In this document: positions 39,563 through 53,620 of the stretch, one piece after another | How the letters are laid out: every line of letters starts with the position of its first letter | Numbering within the stretch: position 1 is the stretch's first letter | Assembly (NCBI GenBank): GCA_023213395.1 | Contig: CM041465.1 | Span: forward strand, 136,779,741 to 136,843,740 | Direction: 5' to 3' | DNA length: 64,000 nucleotides | Source: Cycas panzhihuaensis | Lineage: Eukaryota; Plantae; Cycadophyta | Notes under the pieces: model-generated | Database searches by the model: none | Told to the model about the DNA's origin: nothing | The model's input: only the letters and a program-made list of their open reading frames with translations | Position numbers and translations under genes: made by a program

Positions 39563-42500
39563 TGTTGAGAATACAAGGTCCCAAACTTTAAATTGCCACA
39601 AAATCTGAACTATTTTGCAACTAGTTACAGGAATCGAAAACTAAGATTTAACATGCAAGTTCTAAAATCAGAGATAATACAATAACATCAATATACAAGC
39701 TAAACATCACATATGCACCCGATATAACGTGGTAAAACCCTAGCAGTGTGCTAGGGAAACGTCTACACAGGAAAGGTATCAATCTTTATTGTTGTAGAAT
39801 GGAGAAACAATACATCTCAGTAGCAGAGTGCTCTCAGGAACAACAACCAGCCGCCGCCCTCCTCACAGTACATTACATTACATTCAACATAAAAAAAAAG
39901 CCCTAAAACGGGCTACATTAGAGGGACATCCAAGGCATGAGTCTCAACCGTAGAATCTAGGGTATTTGTATCGAACGACCCTGATTCTCTTTACATTTTA
40001 ATATGATTTATAGGGCTAATTTTTCGTGTCGGGGGCTATCGCTCCTGAACCCTCTCTTAGCGAGGGGCGTTCCACACCCCCGCACCCCCCGGCCAAGGGG
40101 GGCTCCCGCCCCGCTTGGAACCCCCCGAGAAAGATTAGAGGGGGAAACCGTGCCGAAAACATGCCAAAATTTTAGCCTTAAACAATTGTTGTCACAATAT
40201 CCAACAATCTCCACCTTGACAACAATTTACTTGGTACCTTTCCTGGACCCTTCATCATCTTTTCTGCAAGCCAAGAGAAGTCAAACACCATTTGAACTTC
40301 TCTACTGGTACTGGTTTTGTGAATATATCAGTATAATTTTGATTGGTGTGAATGTTCTGAAGTGCCACTCCACCTGTTTCCAGGACCTGCTTCCATAACC
40401 TGTCTAACAAAATGGTACTTAAGAGCAATATGCTTTGTTCTACTGTGATAAGCCGGATTCTTGGCTAAGTAAATGGCACTTTGACTATTACAAAATACCT
40501 TTACATTTTCCTGTCTCCTTCCAAGCTCAACCAATACACCTTCGAACTAGATTGCTTCTTTACAAGCATGTGCTACAAAGAACATATTCGCCTAGTGGTT
40601 GATGCAATTGTGCTCAAATTTGGACATCCAACTAATCGGACCATTTGCAAGAGTGAAAACATAACTCAAGTAGACCTTCTTTTGTCTAAATCTCCGCAAA
40701 GTCTCGAATCAACATATCCACAAACCTCGACACTGTACTCCAAAGGTGATGTAGTAGTCACTTGTGCCTCTCAAATCAAGCACCCATTTCACTACAACCC
40801 AATGTTCTTTCCTCGATTTGCCATAAACCCCGCTAACTACACCGATTGCATGTGAAATATCGTCTTGTACATACCATGGCATACATCAAACTTCCTACTG
40901 ACCGCATAAGGCACATGAGACATATAAGCCTTTTCTTCTTCACTACTAGGATTCATATTCAAGAAAGCTTGAAGTGGGAAGCCAATGGGATACTCACGGT
41001 TTCACATTTGCCATACCAAACCCGGTTAGCACCTTCTCCGATATTTCTTGTGATAACCATAGCTTACCATTTTTCCCTGCCTCTGTATCTCCATGCTTAA
41101 GATTTGTTTTGCAGCTCCTAGATCCTTCGTATCAAAAGTCCTAGCCAATTGAGCCTTTAGCTTATTGATTTCTTCCATGCTCTTGCTTGCAACTAGCATG
41201 TCATCAACATATAATACCAAGATAATGAATAAGCCATTGTCCATAAATTTAAAGTAAACACAATGATCATACTCACTTCTTTTGAAATTTTGGCTCTCCA
41301 TGAAGGCATCGAACTTCTTGTACCATCGCTCGGTGATTGCTTCAGCCATACAATGATTTCCGAGCCTCGCAAAACAAGTCTTTTCCTCGCCATCTTGTAC
41401 AAACCCTTCCGTTGATCCATATAGATCTCCTCATCTAAATCTCCATGTAGAAAAGTTGTTTTACATTTAATCGCTCCAACTCCAAATCGAGAGAAGCTAC
41501 CAATGCTAACAAAGACTCGAATTGAAACAAGTTTGACAACCGGTGAAAAGATCTCATGAAAGTCAATACCCGCTACAGGCAAAACCTTTAGCCACCGCCT
41601 TGCCCTCAGATTTATCAACCTTTCGATCAACATCTGCTTTCTTTTGAAAACCCACCGCAACCAATGCCTTCCTGCCATGTGGAAGTTCTACCAAGTCCCA
41701 TGAATTATTTTTCTTCAAAGCATCTATCTCTTCCTGCATAGCCCTTTTCCACTTCTCACCATGGATATCATCTACTGCTTCCTGAAAACATGTAGGTTCA
41801 CCATCATTAGAAACCAAAGCAATAGAAGTAGACGGGTTGTACCTGTCAGGTGGATGAGTGACTCGTGTAGATCTTCTAACTGTTGGCAGGAGAGTGTCCA
41901 CATACTCCTGTAAATCTGTTGCAGATTCATCTTCAGAAAGATCTTCCTATTTTTCTGATTCCACAGATGGCTGCATTTCAAACTTGACTTGTTGATGTTT
42001 AGCTTGTTGCTCCTGTTTCATTTCAACTTCTCCATTGTCTGATTTTACAAGGGGAGATTCATCAAATACAACATCTCTGTTAATGGTGATTTTGTGGGCA
42101 GTAGGATCCCACAACCTGTATTCCTTCACACCATCCTTATCACCATAACCAACAAAGATATATCTCTTGGATTTTGGGTCTAACTTTGAACGTTTACTTT
42201 TGTTAGTCCAGGCATAAGCATCACAACAAAAAACTTTTAAATTTGAATAATCACATGGATGTCCAGTCCATACTTTTTCAGGAATCTTGCAATCTATTGC
42301 AAGTGATGGTGACTGCTTACTGAGATAGCAAGTCGCTTTGAGCGACTTCTTCCCACAAGCCTTATTCCACTCCTGCATTACTTAGCATGCTTCTTGCTCT
42401 TTCCAAGAGTGTCCTATTCATGCGCTTAGCAATGCCATTTTGCTGTGGAGTATAGTTAGTGGTCTTGTGTCTTTCGATCCCAGCTTCTCTGCAATAGTTC

Positions 42501-44873
42501 TCAAACTCCAAGGAGTTGAACTCACCTCCATTGTCAGTTCTTAAACATTTGATTGTCTTACGAGTATTATTCTCAACTAGAGCCTTGAATTGCTTAAACA
42601 CACTGAAAACTTCAGATTTCCTTTTCAAAAAATAGACCCATATCTTCTTGGAGTAATCATCTATAAATGTGACATAATACAATGATCCTCCACAAGATAT
42701 TTTAGGGGCTGGTCCTCATACATCTGAATGTATGTAATCTAGAATGCCTTTACTAGTGTGACTCCCTACTTTAAACCCGAGTCTACACTGCTTTCTAAAA
42801 ATACAATGTTTACAGAAAGCCAAATTTGAAAGCTGCAAGTTAGGAAGCAACTTACGGTTTATTAGCACCTTGAGTCCTCTCTCACTCATGTGCCCAAGTC
42901 TCTGATGCCATAACTGAGCTGGATCTTCTATAGTCTTTGATGTCAGAGTCGCTTGGTCGACATCTGCATACTTCCCACTAAAATATAAAGATTTCCTCTC
43001 TTTAAGGCTTTCATAACAACCAAGGCGCCCTTTGATACCTTTAGGACTCCTTCATGACCTGTATGCTTAAAACCACCCGAATCTAATTCACCCAAGGAAA
43101 TCAGATTCCTTTTCAAATCATGTACATGTCTAACCTCTGTTAATATTCTGATTACCCCATCGAACATCTTAATTCTGATGCTACCAATGCCCACTGTCTT
43201 ACAAGAAACTTCGTTTCCCATAAGCACATCACCACCATCAAGAGGTTGGTATGATGAGAACCAACTCTTGTGTGGACACGCAGCGAAGCACCTGAATCTA
43301 ACAACCAGTCATGGTGATAATGAGAAACATTACAAGCGACCAAGACATCATCATCCATACCTTGATTTGACTCCACCTGATTCGCCTCCTTGGCAGGATC
43401 TTCCTTTTTCTGGAACTCCTTCCTTTTGTAACAATCCTTCTTGAGGTGACCGGTCTTATTACAATGGCAACACATGAGCTTACTCTTTTTGCTCTTTGAC
43501 TTGGACCTCGATGTATCCTTGGAGTTTTGTCCTCTCTCAAACGTTCTACCCCTTACTGTCATGGCTTCTGGTGTGGAGGTTTCAAAACTAGATTTCCTCC
43601 GCACTTCTTCCATTAGCAAAGCACTCACAACAGAATCATAATCCAATACATGTGTAGTGTTAAAACTAATTGAGGTGACAATATTATCCCAGGATTCAGG
43701 TAATGAGCATAACAAGGTAACAACCTTGTCCTCATCCTCAATTTTAACATCGATACTAGTCAACTGACAAATAAGAGTATTGAAAACATTTAAATGGTCA
43801 GCAATTTTTGTACCTTCTTTCATCCGTAATGAGTACAGTTGCCTCTTCAGGTAGATTCGATTCACATCTTGATTTGGTCATATCTGTGCCTTCCAACCAG
43901 TCCATATTCCCGTCATTGCCTCTTCCCCTGCGATGTTAAACAAGACTTCATCTGCCAAGCACAATCGTATTGTGCTAAGTGCCTTAAGTCATCCCAATCA
44001 TCATCGTCCATCCATGTGGGTTTCTTCGATTTACCTGCAAGGGCTTTGTACAAACCCTGTTGTACAAGAATATCATGCGCTTTTAGCTTCCACAACTCGA
44101 AGTTGTTATTGCCATTGAATTTCTCCACCTCGAACTTTGCACCTGCTAGTTTCGCCATTTTAGTGTAGAAAAGCCGACACCAAAACCTTCACAGACTCGT
44201 TGCAAAACAAAAGTGGCTCTGATACCACTTGTTGAGAATACAAGGTCCCAAACTTTAAACTGCCACAAGATCTGAACTATTTTGCAACTAGTTACAGGAA
44301 TAAAAAACTAAGATTTAACATGCAAGTTCTAAAATCAGAGATAATACAATAAGATCAATATACAAGCTAAACATCACATATGCACCCGATATAACGTGGT
44401 AAAACCCTAGCAGTGTGCTAGGGAAACATCCACACAAGAAAGGTATCGATCTTTATTGCTGTAGAATGGAGAAACAATACATCTCAGTAGCAGAGTGCTC
44501 TCAGGAACAACAACCAGATGCCGCCCTCCTCACAGTACATTACATTACATTCAACATAATAAGAAAAGCCCTAAAACGGGCTACATGAGAGGGACATCCA
44601 AGGCATGAATCTCAACCGTAGAATCTAGGGTATTTGTATCGAATGACCATGATTCTCTTTACATTTTAATATGATTTATAGGGCTAATTTTTCGTGTCGG
44701 GGGCTATCGCCCCCAAACCCCCTCTTAGCGGGGGGCGTTCCACACCCACGCACCCCCGGCCGAGGGGGGCTCCCGCCCCCCTTGGAAGCCCCCGAGAAAG
44801 ATTAGGGGGCGAAATTGCGCCGAAAACATGCCAAAATTTTAGCCTTAAACAATTGTTGTCACAATATCCAACA
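39563..44873 (-). mobile_element. Full-length Ty1/copia, Tnt1/Tork-like
   Basis: 644-bp LTRs 39563-40206 and 44230-44873 (~5% divergent by eye); TSD TGAAT; PBS rc gctctgatacca 44216-44227; PPT caaggtggagat. gag starts MAKLAGAKFEVEKFNGNNNFELWKLK; CCHC knuckle, INT, RT and RH remnants. Confidence 0.95.
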
Positions 44874-47800
44874 TGAATCAGTTCAAAGATGCAAAATCAT
44901 AAGTTTTCATAAAAAAAAGAGAATTATTAGGTGGAGATAAAATCTAAGAAAACTATGTCCAAAGGAATGGCCTGTAAAGAGATTCAAGAAGATTGAATGG
45001 GGTGTGTTATGAGCTATGAAATCAGAGGAGTCTCCAATCAGATCATGGTCTTACAGGGACTAAGTTTACATTGGAAAAATTTGATCTGGATAGATCAAGA
45101 GAGATCTGAAATTGGATATTACAAACGGAAATATACTTTCAGGTGTACGCATTAACTGACAAGGATAAAATATCAATGACATGTTTACATTTATACAAAA
45201 GGGCTTTGAAATGGTTCCATTTGTGGTGGATGACCAATATAGGTCTTTTTCCTAAATCATGGGAATATCTAATAGTAGGCCTAATAAGCCAATATGAAGA
45301 TTTTTGGAATACCAATTATTTTGCTCAATTAACAGGATTACAACAAAATGGATCAGTACAAGAATATACAGAGCAATCCCAAGCCCTCCAATGCTTAGTC
45401 ATAGTATCCCAATAGAATGCATCATGGAAACGTACATAAGCAGACTCAAAGGACCGATCAGATATTGTATTAAGACAATGGGAGTCGCAAATATTCAAGA
45501 TGCAATTAAGTTTGCGAAAAATATTAAAGCAAAGTTCAGGGAGAGTAGACCTGCGTATACATGCAAAAATGAACCAACTTAATACCAACAATAGGGATCT
45601 ATTCCAAATTGGACCAAATTAGGTACAAAGGCAGATCCCCCACTAGCAGTGAAAAATACAAGTGAGACAAGCGGAACAACTAGAGATGAACACTTGAAGA
45701 AAGGGATGTGTTTCAAACGCGGAGGAAAATGGAATAGGGAACATCAATATCCTGCAAAGGAAGTATTTATAATTAACAATGAAGATATGGAAATTCCAGA
45801 AGAAGAGCAAGAAGGAGAGGATAAAGGGCCAAAATATGAGACAAAAGTAGACGAGCTTTTGGAAATAGACATTGAAAATGTCCGGATTTCATTACAGGCC
45901 ATCATTGGACAAAGTGTCACCCCTCAAACTCTTAGATTTCAAGGAATTATCAAAGGAGCTCCACAATTTAATCAAGAGGGCCATAATAGAAAAATTGGGA
46001 TTATCAGTCCAATCTTTAAACACTTTCTAGGTTTCCATTATAAATAGAAAAACTATGGCATGTGGAGGATATTGTTAGAAGGTGAGCCTTTGGATTGAAG
46101 ATTATTTAGTAACCACATGCATGTTTGTGATGCCAATAGGAAGAGTAGATGTAGTTTTAGGAATATAATAGCTATAGACTTTGGGGAATATAGTTACCAA
46201 CTATAGAACCCGATTTATGTGTTTTTGTCAAAAGGGGCACAAATATAGATTGCAAGCACCAAACACACCACTAGTACAGTTGGTGTCATCACATCGTATG
46301 GAAAAGTTATTAAAGAAAAATCCAACAGCATGCATACTAACATGCTATAAAATAGGAGTACAAGATGTGCCTCTGGAAGTCCAAAAGATCATGGATGAAT
46401 ATAATTCAGTATTTGAAGAGCCACAAGGGCTTCCCCCCAAAACACGAATGCCAACATGTTATTGATCTAGTACTGGGAGCAACTCCAATAAATATACAAC
46501 CTTATCGGCATCCATATCATTTAAGGAAGGAAATCGAGAACATCACCCGGGAGCTTTTAAATTAGGGATGTATAGCAAATAGTACGAGCCCATTTGCATC
46601 TCCAGTCGTAGTGACTCCTAAGAAGGATAGAGCATACAGAATGTGCGCAGATTACTAGGGATTAAACAAATTGACCATAAAAAATAGTTGTCCTATTCCT
46701 TGGTTAAACGATTTATTGGATGAAATACATGGAGCAAGGTACTTTTTGAAAATCGATCTCTGCTTCGAGTACTACCAGATATGCATTAAGGAAGAAGACA
46801 TATAAAACGACTTTCTGCACTCTCAAAGGATTATTTGAATTTAAAGTCATGCACTTTGGATTAACTAATGCTCCGACAACTTTCCAAAGCACCATGAGTT
46901 CTATACTCAAACCCTACTTGCAGAAATTTGTGCTGCTTTTTTTCAATGATATGTTAATCTATAACAAAACATGAAAAGAACATTTGGATCACATTAGGGC
47001 AATTTTGTTGATATTACAGAACAACCAGTTTTACGGAAACAAAAAGAAATGTACGTTTGGGAGAGAGGAGCTTGAATATTTGGGTCACATTATCACACAA
47101 GAAGGGATTGAGGTAGATCCAAAAAAGGTCCAAGCAATCATCAATAGGCTGACTCCCAATAACATGATAGGAGTCAGAGGCTTCCTAGGAGCAGTAGGAT
47201 TCCTTAGGAAGTTTATTAAAGGATACACCCATATTGCATCACCTTTGATTGATCTCACAAAAAAGAATGCATTTGCCTGGAACCCTTTGGTAGAAGAGGC
47301 TTTCCAAGGACTTAAGAAGGCAATGATCATGACTTTGGTTCTTGTAACCCCTAATTTTCCCCAGCCATTCACTTTAGAATGTGACGCTTCAGGTTTTGGA
47401 ATTGTAATAGGTTTGTTGTAGGAGGAGTGACCGATTGCCTACGAAAGCAGGAAATTGAACAATAGGGAAAAACTCAAACCCATTTGCGATAAAGAAATGT
47501 TGACAATCATGCATGCTATACACCAGTGGCGGCAATATCTGTTAGGAAACAAAGTCATCATCTGAACAGATCATGATAGCCTTAAGTATTTCATAAGAAG
47601 GGGAAAGAAAATGTCATCGCAGATGCTTTATCAAGATTACTAGGAGACAACGGTAGAGAAATTTCCCGTAAAGCAATATCAGGTGCCACTCCCAGTTGGA
47701 CCCAGGATCTAATCAAAGAATATAGGGACGATCCTTTATCACAAAGAGTGCTAGAGGAAATCTGAGACTAGTAGTCCACGAAATTTGAATTACAAGGAGA

Positions 47801-48510
47801 TTTGATTTTAAAGAAGGGAAAAATATTTATCCCAAGTACTTCTAAGATAAAAAGGGTTATACTAGAAGAAGCTCATTTCGTACCAACAGTAGGGCATACA
47901 GGTATTAACAAAACATATCGAAAAGTACAGGATTCTTTTTACTGGAAGGGAATGAAAGCAAACATTCTCAAGTTTGTATCTGAGTGTGATTCCTATCAGA
48001 GGAATAGAAGCAAATGTGTAAAGAGTCGGGGTCTACTCCAACTATTACACACTCTGAATCAGAAATGGGAAGAGATTTCCATGGACTTTGTTATCGGATT
48101 TCCCAGATCAGAAAGCAAGGATACCATATATGTGGTAGCCAGTAGGTTAACGAAGTACGCTCACTTCAGGGGAATACCATCAATGACCAAGGCCAACTAG
48201 GTAGCGAAAGTGTACATGAAGGAGATACATCGCCTACATGGGTTTTCGAAGATTATAGCAAGCGATTGAGAACCAAAATTCACTAATAACTTCTGGCAAG
48301 ATCTATTTAAACTAGCGGGTACAAAATTAAACATAAGCACAACTTACCATCCGCAAACAGACGACCAAATAGAAGTAGTAAACAAGTGTCTAGAAGGATA
48401 CTTGTAGAACTTTTCTTTAGATAAATAACATTTATGGCACAAATGGCTCCATTTGGCAGAATGGTGGTATAATACCACCTATCACACGATAACAAAGATG
48501 ACACTCTTCC

Positions 48511-51500
48511 TGTTGGATATAATGTTTTATCTAGAGACCCACTTTGTATGTAACTTAAGACACTCACCACTTGGACACGTGTCAGTTAGACATGTAGCGG
48601 TTACATTTAGTTCCAAAGGAGTTACAACTCCAACTTGTATAAATTTCCATTCAGTTGATCAATAAGAATTGAACCATTCTGTTCTATTCATCTGTGTCTT
48701 AGAATTCTATCATGGTATCGAAAGGTGTCATCCCGTCTCGATTGAGAGAGGGTTGTGCCAATGATTCAAGTTGTGTCCAAGCAAGACCGAGGTAGAATAA
48801 CTGTGAAAGATCAAGAAGTTCGTAAGGCAAGAAGTGCAACCGAAAGCTCACCCGTAATCAAAACAAAGGAGAGAAGAATTTTTACCGTACGGACACAAGA
48901 CGGAACCGCATCTGACAAAAATCAAAGTGCTCGAATGAGCTGAAATTTGGCCGTAAGATAGATCGACCATCCTCGCCATCTTTCTCACCGGCACGAAGTC
49001 ATCAGGAGCCGCTTCAAGGGTTTTACCCGTTTTGAAGGGCGTGGGTCTTGAGACACAGTGTACCCAAAATCCTCGATTTCTCTCGATTTTCTCTACGAAA
49101 ATGTTCATAAACTCTCAGTATACTCAGACGCCTCATTGTGACCGATTTTGACCGATTTAAATGAGTGATTTGATTGATATGAGCATTTTTCTCAAAAACC
49201 TAGCCGCCAAGATTGCTTTTCAGTGCTTTTTCTCCCAAACCAGTGGACCGCCTTTAGAAAAATAATTTCAGATCCGGAATCCTCTCGCCTCCAAATTTCT
49301 TTTGAGGTATAGTTTGCCTTCATCCGTACACCTTCCGCACTGCATAAAAGTCCGCACTGCTGTACGCCCTAGACGTCTGCAACTTGTTTTTGTGTCCATA
49401 ATGTCTTCTTCTATCTTGGCTCTCTCCGATCTGCACAAGCTCACCGATAACAACTACCATATATGGAAAATCAAAATAGAAACCCTTCTGAGAGCCAAAA
49501 ATGCTTGGCAAATAGCTCTTGAAAAGGAAGACAAGCCTAAAACAGTAAAGGGAGATCTAACAAGTCGAAGAACGAGATAGTCCGGAGTAATAGTGCTTAA
49601 GTTATCCATTTCGACCGCTACTTGTGTATGTGGAAAACTTAACCACCATCTTTGAAACTGGAAGTGCTTTGAGAAATTGTATGGTCAAAAGAATAAAGCT
49701 AGAATAGTGGCACTCAAAGAGGAATTATTCAAGATACACATGAAAGAAATCGAACTGTGGATCGAATTCATGCACAAAGTGATATCCTTGCGAATGATCT
49801 ACTTAGCGCAGGATCCGCAATTTCCGATTCGAATCGTTGAAATGGTAGCCAAGAATTGCCTAAATCCTTCGATGTCACAATTAACACTATTACAAATAAT
49901 GATCGAGCAGCAACAATGACATTGGACACACCGATGTGACTACTCCTAAGGCGGGAACAAAGAAATAGAAGATATGAAGACTCGCAGAACTTGAAGATGC
50001 CTTTGTATCCAAAGCTAAATTTGGGAACCAGAGGAAGAAGCAGAGGACGAGGAAGGGCTCCAGAGTTGAGCCCGCCTCGAGGAAGATGGCAAGATTCATG
50101 AGGAAGAGGACGCTTCTCACGACAAGACTGTATACAAGCGTGGTAAGACCGGTCATTTTGCAAGTTCCTCAGAGAGCATTTGACCTATGTTATCATTGTG
50201 GCAAGCAGGACACTTTCCATACCAATGCCCAACTAGGAGAGCTGACATTCATAAAGGTAAAAGACCCATGGGCAATTACAGCAAGGAACAAAATGAAGAA
50301 GAAGAGGAGGAGACCGCATTCATCGTTGCTCTTGCCGCATCTCTCCAAGATAAAGACGTATGGTACATCGACTCAGGAGCATCGCGTCACATGACCAGCC
50401 GGGAAGAGTGGTTCGGAACCTTGCACCTTATGCCTCGGACAAATCAGGAGCTAGGGGATAAATATCCCTCAACATCAAGGGTGTAGGAACCATTGCTATA
50501 GAACTGCAAGGTAGCAACAAAAAATTGGAAACGTGTTGTTAGTTCCTGACATAAAGATGAATCTTCTATCTGTACCCCAACTTGGAAAAAGGGTCCGAGA
50601 ACGGTCTTTGATGAAAAAGGATATTGTTATATCCTTGACATGAAAAATAATGGCCATGTAATTGCAAAGGGATAGAAAGTAATGACCAGATAGGTCGCTT
50701 TCATATCTGTCACCGCCTGCTGTAAAAGCATGCATCAGTAAATCATAATGACAAAATGTGGCATTTCAAGTATGGACACCTTCCATTAGACAAATTAAAA
50801 AATGAAAAGGAAGGTTTAGTTGATGGACTCCCATCAATCACTTCGTATAATTTTGTATGTAAAAGTTGTCAATCGTGAAGCAAAGAAAGATTGCCCTTTA
50901 AGGAAAGCAAATGGCGAGCCCAAAAGAAACTAGAACTCATTCACACCGATATATGTGGACCGCTCACTCCACACTCCATCAACGGATGCGTATACTTTCT
51001 CACCTTCATAGATGATATGACAAGGAAAACTGGGTCTATTTTTGCATAACAAGTCCAAGTATATGCAACATTCAAAGAGTTCAAAGCGTGGTTGAACTAG
51101 AGTCCAAGAAAAATCAAATGCATACGATCAGATGGGGGAGGTGAATACATTTCAAAAGAATTCCTAGAATATTGCAAGGTCAATGGAATTTGAAGATGAT
51201 CACCACCCCTATACACCTCAATCTAATGGGGTGGCAGAAAGGAAGAACAGAGTGATCATGGAAATGGCTCGTAGTATGGTGCATGGGAAGGGAGTCCCAA
51301 AGAATTATTGGGCGTAGGCAAGAAACACCGCATGTTACTTATCAATAGGAGCCCAACCAAAGCAATAGAACATCTTACACCAAGAAGCTTGGACAGAAAA
51401 CCGGATGTTAGCCATCTAAAGGTATTTGGCGGTCAAGCCTTTGTACACATACCGCATAAAAAGAAGAACCAAGCTGGACTCGAAAAGCATAGAATGTATC

Positions 51501-53620
51501 ATGATTGGATACAGTAAGAACTCTAAAGCCTACAAGTGCATAGATCCCAAGACAAACCAGATCTATGCAAGCCGTGATGTTGTGTTCAACGAAGATAGTG
51601 ATGAAGAGCTTAGCAAGCAAATCCAAGTAATAGAGGGACATTCTCAGAACATTCTTCAAGAACCACCTAAAGAAGAAGAACGATCTGAAATTACCTCTGA
51701 AGATCTTCCAGAAGAAACTCAGGAAAGTCACCCTACTTCGGAAGATGAGGAAACATTTCCAGATGAACCCAAGGCAGTTGAAACAGAAAAAGAAAAAAGG
51801 CTTCCCAAATGGTATCTCAAAACCATTGAGGAAAGAAAGGAAGACATCTTACCACACAGGACAAGAAGTCAAAAACCAAGGGCTCAGACTGACCATCCGG
51901 AACCATGATCATATATAGAAGCTAAAGAACACTCGCTTTGGAGAAATGCCATGAATTGAATTAGACTCTATCATCAAGAATCAAACACAGGATTTAGTAG
52001 AATTACCACCAAATAAATCGGTGGTAAATTGCGATGGATCTACAAAATAAAGGAAGGCGCAAATGGGAAAGTGGAAAAATATAAGGCTAGGTTAGTTGCT
52101 AAGGGATACACTCAAACAAATTGGGTGGACTATGATGAAACCTTCTCACCAAGAGCAAAACTTAGCAATCGTGAGAACAGTAATTGCTCTAGCAGCTCAA
52201 AAAAATTGGAATGTGTATCAACTAGATGTCAAAAGTGCATTTCTAAATGGAGAGATCAAGGAAGAAGTGTATATGGCCCAACACGAAGGATACGTTAAGG
52301 TGGTCGAACACTTGGGCAGCAGAGTAAAGAAAGTCTTGTATGGTCTGAAGCAAGCTCCTCGTGCGTGGTATGCCAAACTTGATGAATACCTAAGTGAAAA
52401 TGGGTTCAAGATGCAATCGAGACTCAAGCTTGTATGTAAAAGGTACAAACGGTCTGTCACAATTTTGGTTGTATATGTTGATGACATGATACTTACAGGT
52501 AGTGATGTTGAATCTGTAAGTGACATAAAACATCAATTGGAGAAGAAGTTTGAAATGACCGACCTAGGTCTTCTCAACTATTACCTAGGAATCCAAGTAG
52601 AACAACATGACACTGCATTCACCTTATGTCAGACCAAATACATCAAAGATTTGCTAGCAAAGTTCAGAATGGAAGAGTGCAATCCATGCAAGACACCCAT
52701 GGAAGTCAATTGCAACATGATACTGCATTTAAGAAGAACCTCACATCAATGTCACATTATACAGTGCAACTTGTTGGGAGTCTTATCTATCCGACAAAGA
52801 AACTGCACTGACATTGCTTATTCTGGGATTAATATCTAGATACATGCATGAGCCAAGACAAAGACATTGGCAAGCAAAGAAAGAAGATACTAAGGTATCT
52901 AAAAGGAACAATGTAACTAAAGTTGACATATCCAAAGGAGAATACAACTCGCTTAATTGGATACCGTGACTCGGGACAAGGTGTGACAAGGAACAAAGAA
53001 AATCCACTAGCGGACATTGCTTCTTCCTTGGATCGCCCTATCTCCGGAGCAAGAAGAAACAAGCCAACGTGGCTCTGCCATCCATGTGAAGTAGTACAAG
53101 TCACCGGTGCCACCACGTAAGCGGTTTGGTTGAGGCAACTTCTTCAAGATCTAAATCGTCTCAACAAGAAGCCACTATACTCCATTGTGACAATCGAGTG
53201 CAATCAAGATTGCAAAGAACCCGATCGCATGCCGTAACAAAACACATTGAGGTGCATCAACACTTCATCCGAGAAAAGATTCAAAATAAGGAAATCAATC
53301 TTGTGTAACGCCCAACTTCGCATCAAGTGGTCGACATTCGACCAAGCCTCCGGGTAAAGACAAATTTCAAATTCTCAGAGACAAAATAGGATTAACCGGA
53401 TAAAACATTAAGAGAGGGTGTTGGATATAATGTTTTATCTAGAGACCCACTTTGTATGTAACTTAAGACACTCACCACTTGGACACGTGTCAGTTAGACA
53501 TGTAGCGGTTACATTTAGTTCCAAAGGAGTTACAACTCCAACTTGTATAAATTTCCATTCAGTTGATCAATAAGAATTGAACCATTCTGTTCTATTCATC
53601 TGTGTCTTAGAATTCTATCA
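48511..53620 (+). mobile_element. Full-length, young Ty1/copia (short LTRs, 5.1 kb) inserted in the gypsy integrase
   Basis: Identical 202-bp LTRs 48511-48712 and 53419-53620; TSD CTTCC; PBS tggtatc; PPT aagagaggg. gag starts at 49401; PR (WYIDSGASRHM), INT, RT and RH present but frameshifted. Confidence 0.95.
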
